Source: a virus
Lineage: Duplodnaviria > Heunggongvirae > Uroviricota > Caudoviricetes
Length of the DNA stretch: 64,000 nucleotides
Virus record (IMG/VR): IMGVR_UViG_3300005613_000043
Reading direction: 5' to 3' (one strand)
Positions 40,801 to 51,628 of the stretch are shown here, piece by piece. Under the pieces are notes generated by a model. The model was given only the letters and a program-made list of their open reading frames with translations. It did no database searches and was not told the DNA's origin. Both the position numbers and the translations under genes were made by a program. Positions within the stretch are counted from its first letter, which is position 1. Every line of letters starts with the position of its first letter.

Positions 40801-41658
40801 TTATTTAGCTTTAGCATTGAAGAAATTATCTAATCTCTTAGGAACTTTATTTAATCTTTCACGGGCAATATCACAATAATTTTCATTTATTTCGATGCCT
40901 ATGTATCTTCTGTTTAGTTTTTTACATGCTACTGCTGTTGTTCCACTTCCCATGAATGGGTCGAGGATAATATCGTTTTTGTTACTTGAAATTTCAATTA
41001 ATTCTTTTATTAACCATTCTGGTTTTTGTGTTCTATGTTCAGTTCTTTCATTTCCTTGACATATTCCACCTTCAAATAAATTATGTTTTACATAGTTTGT
41101 ATTGAAAAAATATTTTGAAGATTTAGTAGCAAAAGTAAAAAACTCACAACTTGAAACAAAACCTTTTGTAAATAATCTTGGCATTGGGTTAGTTTTATGC
41201 CATACACAAGTAGAACGAACTTTAAACCCACTCTCTTCTAAAATATCTTCAAGATAATTTATTAGATTCCTTGAAAAGAAACAATATAAAGAACCATTTG
41301 GCTTTAATTTATCATAACACAACTTTGTCCATTTTCTATTGAAATCTAAGTATTCTTCTTTCGTTTCAAAAAAATCCCATTTACCAAAATTAAATTTAAC
41401 TGTCTTACTTCTTTTTCCAACTCTTCTCATAGCAGGGTTTCTTACATTTATTCGTTTGACATTCTTTTTTTGACTAATATTATAAGGTGGGTCAGTTAAA
41501 ACCAAATCAATAGAATTATCTTTAAAATGTTTTAATGCCTCAATACAATCAGCATTATAGATAACATTTTCTTCAACTCCTTTCTCTTTTAAATCCTCAA
41601 TTGTTCTTATCAAATTTCTTCCTCCTCTTTTCCAATCAAGTCCATGATTGAAATACAA
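40801..41658 (-). CDS. DNA methyltransferase (N6-adenine/N4-cytosine, beta-class), orphan
   Basis: motif IV LVLTDPPYN precedes motif I FMGSGTTAVA; no cognate nuclease adjacent. Confidence 0.85.
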   Translation of the reverse strand: MYFNHGLDWKRGGRNLIRTIEDLKEKGVEENVIYNADCIEALKHFKDNSIDLVLTDPPYNISQKKNVKRINVRNPAMRRVGKRSKTVKFNFGKWDFFETKEEYLDFNRKWTKLCYDKLKPNGSLYCFFSRNLINYLEDILEESGFKVRSTCVWHKTNPMPRLFTKGFVSSCEFFTFATKSSKYFFNTNYVKHNLFEGGICQGNERTEHRTQKPEWLIKELIEISSNKNDIILDPFMGSGTTAVACKKLNRRYIGIEINENYCDIARERLNKVPKRLDNFFNAKAK

Positions 41659-41904
41659 TCTCTAAGGGCAACCCTGTGCTTTTCCTTTAACTTTCTCATT
41701 TTCTTATCGGCGTATATGGAATCTTTCCCTGTCGCTAATTCATTGATATGCTCAATCATTTTGCTTATTTTCTCATCTACCCTTAAGTTTTCAAATTCTG
41801 AAATTTTGAACCCGCAAATTTTACAATGCAATTTACCACCTCGAAATTTATTTAAGTTACATTATTTATTCTATAATTAATTAAATTTTAATTTGAAGTA
41901 ATTT

Positions 41905-42624
41905 ATGAGGTGTATTGAGGCGAAATACGAACTTTATGAAGATTCTGTAAAATCCCGAATAGTAGAGCTTAGAGCTAAAGGGGATAGCTTTCAGACAATC
42001 GCCAATAAGATTAAAAAAGAATATAACTTTAATTTCTTAGTGGACAAATCAGCCATTTGGAGGGTGCATAACATAGCCATGAAAGATGCGATGGCTGGGG
42101 ACAAGTCTGAAATCATCGCAGGGGGAAAGTCAAAGGCAATGGAGCAAAGGGACAAGACATTCCAGCAAATACGAGGACAGCTCACTAAGATTAATTCCCT
42201 TTTATGGAAACATTTAAACCAGCTTGAAAAAGCCCAAAACATATTAGGCGATGAGTTGAAGAAATGGCTTGAGCAGGCAAAAGACGCCAAAAAAATTGAC
42301 AAGGATTTAATCCACCAGATTCGGACAGGAATATCCCATGATATAGCTAACATTTCAACTATCAGTTCTCAGATAATAAAACAACTTGAAACTCAGGCGA
42401 GGTTAGTTGGGCTACTTACCAAGCCAGCTGAGATTAGAGTGTCGAGAATAGATGTTATTAATCAGATTAACCAATCGTTTAAGAATATTCATAATGAAGG
42501 ATATTTTATGATTAAATGCCTTGATTCCGAATCCAAAAGAAAATTCAGCCTTAAATTCGAGAACAAATCCGCTAAGGATATATTCGATGAATTAATCCGA
42601 ATCGGAATGCTGAAACAATATTAA
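41905..42624 (+). CDS. HTH plus coiled-coil protein (regulator or small-terminase-like), function unknown
   Basis: N-terminal HTH GDSFQTIANKI; long predicted coiled coil. Confidence 0.35.
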   Translation: MRCIEAKYELYEDSVKSRIVELRAKGDSFQTIANKIKKEYNFNFLVDKSAIWRVHNIAMKDAMAGDKSEIIAGGKSKAMEQRDKTFQQIRGQLTKINSLLWKHLNQLEKAQNILGDELKKWLEQAKDAKKIDKDLIHQIRTGISHDIANISTISSQIIKQLETQARLVGLLTKPAEIRVSRIDVINQINQSFKNIHNEGYFMIKCLDSESKRKFSLKFENKSAKDIFDELIRIGMLKQY

Positions 42625-42769
42625 TTCCTTTTAGATAATGTAAAGGTTACCGTATTCGGTGATTTTGATATTACTTCCATATTAGAGTCTAATCCTATTG
42701 AAACTCTCACTTCTTTCACATCAAATTCTTTCATAGTATTTACAAAACTTTTCATCCATATTTCCAATT

Positions 42770-43078
42770 TCATTCTAATCCCCCCTTAACTAATTTTTTA
42801 AAGTCTTTTAGTTTCATCATAATTACATTCGTATGTTGCCCTTTCTTTCTGAATATAAACATTGGTATCTTCTTTTCTTTTTTTGCTTTCTCAACAGTAT
42901 CCATGAATGTGTTCCAAAAAGGTATCTTGCTTCTCATCTTGACTTCGATATAATACTTGTCATGTAGTGTATCTGATTCTGTGTGCCTGCTTAGACTTCC
43001 TGATAACGGTGTTCTAAAAGTTTTAAACTCTTTAGCTATTTTCCGTTCATACGCCTTCCATGTTCCTCTTGAAGTCAT
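42770..43078 (-). CDS. Holliday-junction-resolvase-like PD-(D/E)xK nuclease (Hjc-like)
   Basis: WKAYERKIAKEF...SGSLSRHTESDTLHDKYYIEVKMRSK...MFIFRKKG parallels the Hjc pattern G..ERel...Sg...DliA...iEvK. Confidence 0.5.
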   Translation of the reverse strand: MTSRGTWKAYERKIAKEFKTFRTPLSGSLSRHTESDTLHDKYYIEVKMRSKIPFWNTFMDTVEKAKKEKKIPMFIFRKKGQHTNVIMMKLKDFKKLVKGGLE

Positions 43079-43135
43079 TAAATCATCTTTTCATATTATG
43101 CATTGTCCATCACAACAACCAATAATAAAAAAAAA

Positions 43136-43993
43136 TTATTGTATTTGTAAAAATGGTATTACTCCTCCTGTATATGTTGGCATTTTTCCATCCCATTTTT
43201 GTATTGCTTTTATTTGTGCTTCTACTTTTGCTTTTTCTACTTCAATTTGTCTTAGTTTTATTAAGTCTTCAGTTACTTCTTGTTTTTGTAATCTTAATGA
43301 TTCTGCTTCTGCTTTAGCCTTTTCTATGTTTTGTTGAGCTTCAAACTTAACTCTTTCCAAATTCCATTTCTCTTCTAATGCTCGTTGTTCAGCAGTTACC
43401 TTAGCTTCTATTGCATTATCAAATTCTTCTGAAAATTTAAAATTCACTATATTCACTTCTTCTACCATAATACCGCTATTTGACATATCGCCAAGCTTTG
43501 CAACTAATAATTCTGTCATTGAATCTCTTGTTTGCTTTCTGTTGGTTATTAATTCTTCTGCTGTAAATTTAGCTGTTGATGCTTTCACACTTTCTTCTAT
43601 TGCTGGGTCTATTATCATTTCTTCAATTTCCCTATTTGTTCCTATTGTTTGATAGAGGTAATTAACTTTTCTTGGGTCAAGACGATAGTTTAAAGCTATC
43701 GTTGACATAATGGATTGCAAATCTTTTGAAGCCGAGTCAGCGTCTGTTTGGTATTTCGTAGTTCTGACACTCATTTTTATTATTTTTTCCATTATTGGTA
43801 TTCTAAAATATGGTCCTCCTTCAGATAAAACTTTGTCTTGTACTGCTCCCCATCTCGTCACTACACCCCTATGCCCTGCTGGTATCGTCACTAATGGAAA
43901 ATTAAAAACAACTATCACAAAAACAAGAATAAGTATGCCATATTTCCAAACATATTTCAATAATCTATTCATTTCTATTTCACCTCCTTTCAT
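43136..43993 (-). CDS. SPFH/band-7 (stomatin/prohibitin-like) membrane protein
   Basis: N-terminal TM, HRGVVTRWGAV...EGGPYFRIP core, C-terminal coiled coil AKAEAESLRLQKQ. Confidence 0.8.
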   Translation of the reverse strand: MKGGEIEMNRLLKYVWKYGILILVFVIVVFNFPLVTIPAGHRGVVTRWGAVQDKVLSEGGPYFRIPIMEKIIKMSVRTTKYQTDADSASKDLQSIMSTIALNYRLDPRKVNYLYQTIGTNREIEEMIIDPAIEESVKASTAKFTAEELITNRKQTRDSMTELLVAKLGDMSNSGIMVEEVNIVNFKFSEEFDNAIEAKVTAEQRALEEKWNLERVKFEAQQNIEKAKAEAESLRLQKQEVTEDLIKLRQIEVEKAKVEAQIKAIQKWDGKMPTYTGGVIPFLQIQ

Positions 43994-44025
43994 TTCAAAA
44001 CATTTCCTTAAGTCTGAATTCTTTA

Positions 44026-44226
44026 TTACTTCCCCCCAATTATTCCTAAACTTATGAAGAGGATAATTACAATCGGTATAAAAAATACTAAATCACCAAT
44101 ATTACTAAAACCAAATACAGCTATTATAAACTGCGCCCACAACCAAAATAATCCGATTATAAATGAAAAAACAAGAACAATTATCAAGGTTGCAATAATT
44201 GCAAACTCATAATCAAATTTAACCAT
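44026..44226 (-). CDS. small polytopic membrane protein (NfeD-like partner of SPFH)
   Basis: 66 aa, almost entirely hydrophobic, immediately upstream of the SPFH gene. Confidence 0.4.
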   Translation of the reverse strand: MVKFDYEFAIIATLIIVLVFSFIIGLFWLWAQFIIAVFGFSNIGDLVFFIPIVIILFISLGIIGGK

Positions 44227-45412
44227 CTTTAATCACCCCCTTAGTCTTTTTTCTAATGGAATCACCTCTAATCATATTTTTTATTCTTTATTTGTAGTGA
44301 ACCAATCAATATACTCATCATCTGATTCAATAACCATTATCTGTCCCGATTTAAATAAAATAACACATCCTTGTGGTCCTTCTCCACAAAAATCTCCAAT
44401 AATATTTCCACCAATACCCTTATCTATTTCATAGACTTCTTTTATTTTACCAAATTCTTTTTCCTGTGCCTTGAAAAAGATATTATCTAATTCCATTTCA
44501 TCTACAGTGCCATATCCTGTTAGTTTTATCTTTTTCTTGACATATTCTTTCCAATCCATTAAATCACCTCAATCATATTTTTTATTCTTTATCCTGCGTT
44601 AAATGAAGAAACTACTACTCCTTTTTTCATGCCTTGTTTTGCTTCTCCAATTTCTTCAACTTTTATTTTATCTATACCTTGAAACAGAACCCATGAGGAT
44701 AACCTATCAATATTTTCTGATTCATATTCTTTTCCATGAAGTTCGGGTTTGTCTGGACAATCGTATGTTCCAAACCATTTGCCATCACGGGAATGGGTAA
44801 CATATTTAGAAGGATGAATTTTTCTTGCTTCATTTTCGTTTTCTGCGATAACGACACAACTATCATAAGTATCGTAACCATTTACTATATCTTGGCTTAA
44901 TTTAAATATTTTCATTTTAATCATACTTACCATCTTTAATCTGCCTATACATTCTGTTGTAACACACATCGCACATCCTATGCCCTGCTGGAGTTAGATA
45001 CCTGACTCTTTTCTTTTCCTTCCACTTACCGCATGAGCTACAAAATCTTTGATTTGGCAAACCAATTGGAGTGTCAAATGGCATTACTAATTTTTTCTCT
45101 TTCAATTTCTTGACTCTTTTTACTCCCCTTCCAGCTAACCAGTAGAAGAATGTAAAAACTGATGCCACTATAAAACCTATTCCTATAACAATCAAATCAC
45201 CAGATGTAAAATTCATATTTCCTCCCTCTCCAAACTTTCTAAGATAGCTCCTTCCACTTTTTTAAGGTTAAAAGGAACAGTATTGTAAAAGCTAATTGAC
45301 TTTGATTCGGTGAACTTGCCATTATCCACCAATGACAGCTGAATCTTTAGCCTATATCTTGGTTTTCTCATCATCCTCATAGATATTACTTAGATATTTT
45401 AAGTATTTATAG

Positions 45413-45943
45413 TTACTCAGCTCCTGTTATTGCTATTCCCTTTCCATTTATGTTATGATATTTTATATCTCCGCACATTATCCAATCTAATCCGTAATCC
45501 TGCATAACGGCAATTTTTCCAGAACAAAATGCTGTTGCATTGATTTGCTCAACTGTTTTCTCAAGCATCGCTAATCTGATTTGAGTATCTCTTAATTCCT
45601 TCTGGTATTCAACCCTTGGCAAAAACCAAGCATTAAGGGCATTGCCTATCCTGTAATGCCATTCTGAGCAGTGTTTTTTAGTTCCTAACATACAATTAAC
45701 TGTATTTTCTATATGTTTTACCATATCCCAAACATTGAAACGATTAAGACCTGAGATTTTTTCATCAACATAATCGGGATAGTAACTTCCATCAAGCATG
45801 TAATTGCATGTTCCGTTTGTATAGCAGTTTGCCCAGAAGTTCACATCTTGGTTTGTAATCACATCTATTTGTATGTCAGTATCTGCCAATACGCATTGTC
45901 CGATTAGGAAAATTGTGGTTATTAACAATACTATTTTTTTCAT
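45413..45943 (-). CDS. secreted Cys-rich protein
   Basis: signal peptide MKKIVLLITTIFLIGQCVLA. Confidence 0.4.
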   Translation of the reverse strand: MKKIVLLITTIFLIGQCVLADTDIQIDVITNQDVNFWANCYTNGTCNYMLDGSYYPDYVDEKISGLNRFNVWDMVKHIENTVNCMLGTKKHCSEWHYRIGNALNAWFLPRVEYQKELRDTQIRLAMLEKTVEQINATAFCSGKIAVMQDYGLDWIMCGDIKYHNINGKGIAITGAE

Positions 45944-46740
45944 GGTTTAATCCCCTCCATTATTTTCTTAATCATTTTTTCTTCGTCTTTTAATTCTTCT
46001 TGCCATAAAACCAAACTTTTCCAACCATATCTATTAAAATATTTTATTCTCTGTTTTTCATATTCTTGCCAAGAGTGATAACTTCTACCTTTTCTTTTTA
46101 TTGACTTCTCAACTTTATTACAAACTTCTATGCAAATCTTTTTTCCATTACTTTCAACAAAATCTGGATTCTTAAATCCAATCAATAAAGAACCATCACC
46201 ACAATAATTAAATGAAATTTTATGTTTCTTAAAAAAATTAATAAATTTTTGTTCAAGTTTGGTCGGTCTTTTCATCAAGGCTTTTAAGCTATTTTTGATT
46301 CTTCTTTCTTGAATTTCTTTATTGTGATAATGAGAGTGTGGGTCTTGGAATTCTTTCTTTTTTGTAATTCTAATTCTTTCTTTTACTTCTTTAGCTCGTT
46401 TCTTTCCAAATATATCTTCATATGTTTTCCCCTTTTTAGGTGATAGTTTATTTTTATGAGACAAATATAATTTCTTCTTCAGAATCTTAGCTCGTTCCTG
46501 TCCGTAAAACTCTTCATAAGTTTTGCCTTTTCTAGATGATTTCTTCCCTTTATGTGATAATCTTAATTTTATCTTTGTTTCTTCTCTACAAGGTATTCCC
46601 TTGTTCCATGCTTTTAATTTTCCCTTAGTTCCTTTATTCCACGGAATATGTCCTTTCTTAAATTCTGTCGAAGGATGAATCCCTCTTTTAAATTCTGTTG
46701 GTGAATGATAATTCTTTTGAATTCCTTTTCCAAATGCCAT
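45940..46740 (-). CDS. homing endonuclease with NUMOD3 repeats and C-terminal Vsr/DUF559-like PD-(D/E)xK domain
   Basis: FKKGHIPWNKGTKG and AWNKGIP NUMOD3 motifs; C-terminus NPDFVESNGKKICIEVCN...KYFNRYGWKSLVLW. Confidence 0.6.
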   Translation of the reverse strand: MAFGKGIQKNYHSPTEFKRGIHPSTEFKKGHIPWNKGTKGKLKAWNKGIPCREETKIKLRLSHKGKKSSRKGKTYEEFYGQERAKILKKKLYLSHKNKLSPKKGKTYEDIFGKKRAKEVKERIRITKKKEFQDPHSHYHNKEIQERRIKNSLKALMKRPTKLEQKFINFFKKHKISFNYCGDGSLLIGFKNPDFVESNGKKICIEVCNKVEKSIKRKGRSYHSWQEYEKQRIKYFNRYGWKSLVLWQEELKDEEKMIKKIMEGIKP

Positions 46741-46794
46741 ATCTTCACCTCATTATCGAAAAAATTGCGGGCATCTCAGCCCTAAAAATCAATT

Positions 46795-47568
46795 CTATTG
46801 TTTTTCTATTGTGAATCCAACAGGCATATAATCGTGGTTAAAATGCCAAGTTCCACCATAATCTATACCATAATCCACATCATGGAAACTTCCACTAAAA
46901 TCAATGTGTGTTCCTTCTCGTGTTCCTACATCCACTTCATTAGCTAATGTTGGATTAAAACCGAACATACCATTGGCTGAAGCATCTAGCAATAAACCAT
47001 TGACATCGGTTGTAAAGCTTGATGATGCATAGACATTCAAATCATCTGCACCACCGGCAGAACCAAAATCAACTTTTGGTGTAGACTTGTAAGTTTGGAT
47101 TTCATCCATTAATCCACCACTTGTTGTATGTGTGAATCCATAGTTGTATGAAGCCCCGTCATCAATTGAACTAACAAATGTTGATGGGAATCTTCCTATT
47201 CTTGTTTGAATAAATGAATTACCATCGTAGTTTTGTGTTATCCATGATTCACCATGATTAACATGTCCGCTTGTATATGTTGATGATATGTAGTTGTAAT
47301 GTGTTACACCATCTGAATGTACTGTATCAAATTCCACTTGATTGCTATACGGATAAGGTTCTACATAATTCATATCCACTCTTCTATCAATTGTGCTATC
47401 TGCGATGCTTGCGTCTACATCAAAATGATATGAATTTATGGACATTACATCATCAAAATTTGGTGTGTGGGTTTTTACTATAAATACCCCAGAACCTTCT
47501 CCATCGATTGTCAATGCCATTACTGAACTAATCGCTAATAGTATTCCTAATATTGCTAATATTTTCAT
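46795..47568 (-). CDS. secreted hypothetical protein
   Basis: signal peptide MKILAILGILLAISSVMA. Confidence 0.4.
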   Translation of the reverse strand: MKILAILGILLAISSVMALTIDGEGSGVFIVKTHTPNFDDVMSINSYHFDVDASIADSTIDRRVDMNYVEPYPYSNQVEFDTVHSDGVTHYNYISSTYTSGHVNHGESWITQNYDGNSFIQTRIGRFPSTFVSSIDDGASYNYGFTHTTSGGLMDEIQTYKSTPKVDFGSAGGADDLNVYASSSFTTDVNGLLLDASANGMFGFNPTLANEVDVGTREGTHIDFSGSFHDVDYGIDYGGTWHFNHDYMPVGFTIEKQ

Positions 47569-49610
47569 ATTTTTACCTCCGTTTTATATTTATCGAAAAT
47601 TTTTACATTTAAATCTCTATTCTTTTTAAAATTTATATCTAAAATACTTCAGAAATATCATTAATATTGTAATTTTTAGCAGATACTTTAATTATTTTCA
47701 ACCCTTCTGGATATTTTTTAATTTTCTGTTTAAATAATTTTTCAGTTTCAGTGTGGAGTATTTCAATGGCAGTTGCTGAGTCAGTAACAAAAACATCTAT
47801 TATATTTTTGAGATTCTTTAAACGGCACTCGGTCAGGAATTCCTTATTCGCTTTTAAAAGTGAATAGCATATCTCAGCCTTGGTCATCTCATGCTCTATT
47901 GAATTATGGACATTGAACCTGATATGATTACGGTATGTTCCATCCATTATGTCAATATACTTTCTCACATTGTCGTTTCTTGTTGTTTGTAGTTCCCTGT
48001 TCATTCTACTCCACCAGCTTCCACAAAATGCCTTTATTATAGATGAAGACATTGTTGTCTTTAACTTCCACATCATCAAAAAACTCGAAGCCAGTGCTTT
48101 TAGATGGAAAGTATCTCAAATAATGAACCCCGACCTTTTTTAATTTTGGAATTCTTTTGTCTTTTTTAACCATCTATTTCACTCCATGCTTTTTCTTTAA
48201 TTGTTTGTAACCTTCATAACGACTATCTATGTAAATCATCTTGTTATCCATTAACATCTTATCAATATCATCAAATATCTTTTTTGAGCATTCTTGGATT
48301 TCCTGTTCAACAAATTCAATTACTCCTTTTTCTGGTATTGGTTCTCCTTCAACATATTCATGTGGATATTCTATTTGCATAAACTCATTCCAATCCTTTT
48401 TGATTTTCTCTTTAATGTTATTGGTCATTTGGATTCCACCACTTCTTCTAAGTCTTCTTTATAGTTTTGCATAAATGTACAATCAAATAATTCTATATCA
48501 AATTCCTTATATGAACCCTTAATGAATTCCAATTCCTCCTTGGCGAGTTCTATTAGTTTATGTCTTACACTAACTAATGTTTCTCTTTTAAATTTATGGT
48601 CTTCTTTTGTATGTTGAGTAAATGGACAATTATCTATTCCATCTATTGCTTTTTCAATCCAATCATATAGTTCTTTTATTGCTGTCATTTTAATTCACTT
48701 CTTTTAGTTCTTCTTCTAAGTCTATATAGTCTCCATCAGAATCATTGAAAGATATCAATGCTTGTATTCCGCATTTTTTACACTCTAAAAGAGCATGTGG
48801 AATATTATCTATCCACTCTATATGATTCGGCTCTTCCATTAAACTGACACATTTCGGACATCTCATTCCGATTTCATATAATTTTATTTTTTTCATTCAA
48901 TCACCTTTCTTTTAAACCATTCCTTATCACAAATCGGACATGGTCTTACAGCGTCATGCTTTAAGCATAAAGGCATACAAATTACATCTTTGGTCATTTT
49001 ATTTCACTTCTTAGTTTTTCAAGCACTTCTATTTTGCCTCTATCATGCCATGTCTGAACAGTATTGGGGTCACCATATTCATTTATTCTTTCTTGTGATT
49101 CTTGGATTAAAGTTTTTATCAATTCATTCAGGTCTGAGAGTTTGATTACTTCTACTAATCTTAATTCTTGGTTTGGTAATTCTCTTTCTAAAGTTACTTT
49201 GTCTAACAAATCTTCCCATACTTTGTAAGTTTTGATAAAACTTTTCCTAAAAGTTTTTTTCTTAACCATGTTTAATCAGCTCCTTATTATTAATCTTTCT
49301 CAGTTTGTATGGAGGCACATTCCACTTTCATCCCATGTATACAAGCAATATAATAAAAGGAAGCACAGCTTTGTCTATTATTTTTCTCGTATGATTCTTG
49401 TAAAGTTTTTACATAGGGATAATCAACATTGACTGTGTTCCATAGTCTTACTGATTCTTTTAGACATTTTTCCTTTCTTATTTCCATATAATAAAACCTA
49501 AAAATCGGAAATAAAATTAAAAACACAACTATTCCAGTTAGCAGATATGTTATTAGTTTTTTAATGTCTTGTTTTTCTCTTAATATATATTTTGTTTTAA
49601 CCATGTTTAA

Positions 49611-49811
49611 TTACCTCACTGTTCTTTCAACAGCGTCTCTGACTTCTTGGAAATTACAATCCACTGAATCACAAATCATTTGCAAAACATCCCAAGCGCT
49701 CTTATTCTCTACATTCATTAAACAATGCTTTAATCTTAGGTAGCCTGTTTTAGCAAATTTTCTTTTTGTTTTAAAATTCTCTTCAATTAATTCGATTTCT
49801 TCAATTTTCAT
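49611..49811 (-). CDS. 66-aa Cys-containing protein, paralog of 59932..60132
   Basis: about 70% aa identity (MKIEEIELIEENFKTKRKFAKTGYLRLKH... versus MKIEQIELIEEEHKTKRKFAKTGYLRLKH...). Confidence 0.5.
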   Translation of the reverse strand: MKIEEIELIEENFKTKRKFAKTGYLRLKHCLMNVENKSAWDVLQMICDSVDCNFQEVRDAVERTVR

Positions 49812-50136
49812 TCAATCTCCTCCAATTCAATTAAAGGAACACTCTTCTGCTCTCCCCATCCCCAATTAAGGTTTGTTCCGTTTAAGTATTGGTCAACTGT
49901 AGTTTTATAACTCTTATCGCCGTTTAAGTTCTTCTCCACTATTACTATCTCGCTTATATCATGTTCTTTTAAAAAAATAAGTATTTCTAACTCAATCGGG
50001 TAGCCTTCGCCTATTCTATACCAGTGTTTTGGCTTATATCTCGGGGTGTAGTAGGTCATATTCTGAATGTATCCGCACTTGCGTTTCTTCTTGTCTAAGC
50101 CTTCTAAGATTATCCAGTTGTCAATTATTTTTAATG

Positions 50137-50811
50137 TCATTTCACCAACCTCTTATATCTGTAAAAACTCCTGCGGGAAAGTCCGCTTTCTTCTACAAAA
50201 ATTCTAATTTGTTCTTTAATTGATTTTCCCGAACTAATTAATTCCTGAACTAATAATTTATTCTTATCTACTTGAAGTAAAGGCAATACTAAATTTTTAA
50301 AATCCTTCCCATGCTCACGGGCATATAGGTAACAACTCTCAGCCTTTGCCTGAAGCCTTAAATTAAGATTCTTCGTGCTTGGGCTTGTTTGCTTCTGTAT
50401 ATACTTGAACACTTCAAACCTCTCATCCCTTGTTAGGTTCGGATGATTCACCTTGCAAATCTCAGCCATGATTTTAATGATAGTCTTATAGTCGAATTTA
50501 ATCTCATGAACTAAACACCTGCTTAAGATAGCTTTGAATATCGGGTCTTTTGGTATTTGATTTAATGTAAATATTATCTTGCTCGAAAAAGAAAACTTAG
50601 GCGGGACATTAATCTTGGGACTGCTCGTAAACCAGCTGACCGTTCTAACACCTGTAGTAGACCAAAGTGCTGGTAATAATAAACTATTATGAGAAAGAAC
50701 CCCATTTTCGAGTATAAAATTATGATTATCTTCTACTTCAATATCATACATCGGTATTTTCATTTCGGTTCTTTCTATTTTCAAAATAGATAATTTCTTT
50801 AATTTCATCAT
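50137..50811 (-). CDS. C-terminal fragment gene of the fractured clamp-loader-family AAA+ ATPase: C-split intein (about 42 aa) plus C-extein with sensor-1 and SRC motif
   Basis: starts MYDIEVEDNHNFILENGVLSHN|S (intein blocks F/G); extein KIIFTLNQIPKDPIFKAILSRCLVHEIKF matches the RFC-box pattern fILscN....IiepiqSRC. Confidence 0.7.
   Translation of the reverse strand: MMKLKKLSILKIERTEMKIPMYDIEVEDNHNFILENGVLSHNSLLLPALWSTTGVRTVSWFTSSPKINVPPKFSFSSKIIFTLNQIPKDPIFKAILSRCLVHEIKFDYKTIIKIMAEICKVNHPNLTRDERFEVFKYIQKQTSPSTKNLNLRLQAKAESCYLYAREHGKDFKNLVLPLLQVDKNKLLVQELISSGKSIKEQIRIFVEESGLSRRSFYRYKRLVK
50686..50811 (-). mobile_element. C-terminal half of a split intein
   Basis: block F/G VLSHN followed by the nucleophile Ser. 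Confidence 0.65.
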
Positions 50812-51628
50812 TCTCCTTCACCTCTATCAGACATATATTAATGCCCTGGCTCAATAGGGCAAGCAAATTTTTAGTTTGAATGAAACTAAAATTATCACTC
50901 TCTTTTTTTACTTCTCCTAAATAAAAAATCCCATTTTTAATCAGAATAAAATCGAAAAAACTAATTTTTTCAATTTCAGCAAATCGAATCGGGCAGTTCT
51001 TACAGATATTTAGTGGATAAGTAGGAGGTTTTAAAAGACAAAGATTGGCACAATGGAACGCTTTATGATTTGGTAGTTGGTTAAAATATTCAATTATTTT
51101 AGCATCGGATTTGGCTTGATGTGTTTTTCTATATTTATTCATACCTGGAGGTAATCCTGTTCCTTTTAGGATTTTATAAAGTTTATGAATGCCACATTTA
51201 TATTCAATTCTTAATCGAGTTAGAGTCATTCCTGCCTTAAATTTTTGAATAATTTCAGATGCTGGTAAGGATGGTCTTCTGATTTTATGATATTTGATTC
51301 TACGATGAATAGTCTGTTCACAAACTCCCAATTTTATTGCTATTTGTTTTTGTGAAATGCCTGAAAGATATAAATCTTTTATTTTTTTAATATTAATTTT
51401 AATCCAATTTGGATGATTTTTACCCTCCCAATTAATATATCCACATGAATGAAGAAATTTCATTTCACACGAACGATTGCAAAAATGATGTTTATAAGGT
51501 CGATATTTTCCTTTGGTAATCTTTCCACTTCGTCTTACTGGTAGATTCTTTCCACACCAATCACATTTTAGCCCGTGAATTCTTTTGGCATGTCCCCTAT
51601 GTGATAGTTTTAAATTATTTGAGTTCAT
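50744..51628 (-). CDS. free-standing PD-(D/E)xK-type homing endonuclease inserted between the split-intein halves (third reading frame)
   Basis: N-terminal C4 zinc finger and HTH (ISQKQIAIKLGVCEQTIHRRIK), NUMOD-like GKNHPNW, C-terminal FFDFILIKNGIFYLGEVKK (D...E-V-K); overlaps the upstream gene by 14 nt and the downstream gene by 68 nt. Confidence 0.6.
   Translation of the reverse strand: MNSNNLKLSHRGHAKRIHGLKCDWCGKNLPVRRSGKITKGKYRPYKHHFCNRSCEMKFLHSCGYINWEGKNHPNWIKINIKKIKDLYLSGISQKQIAIKLGVCEQTIHRRIKYHKIRRPSLPASEIIQKFKAGMTLTRLRIEYKCGIHKLYKILKGTGLPPGMNKYRKTHQAKSDAKIIEYFNQLPNHKAFHCANLCLLKPPTYPLNICKNCPIRFAEIEKISFFDFILIKNGIFYLGEVKKESDNFSFIQTKNLLALLSQGINICLIEVKENDEIKEIIYFENRKNRNENTDV

Noticed and set aside
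41905-42624. Small terminase subunit
   Set aside because: It has an HTH plus coiled coil, but it lies 37 kb from terL, on the opposite strand block, divergent from the methyltransferase. A regulator is equally likely, so no call was made.
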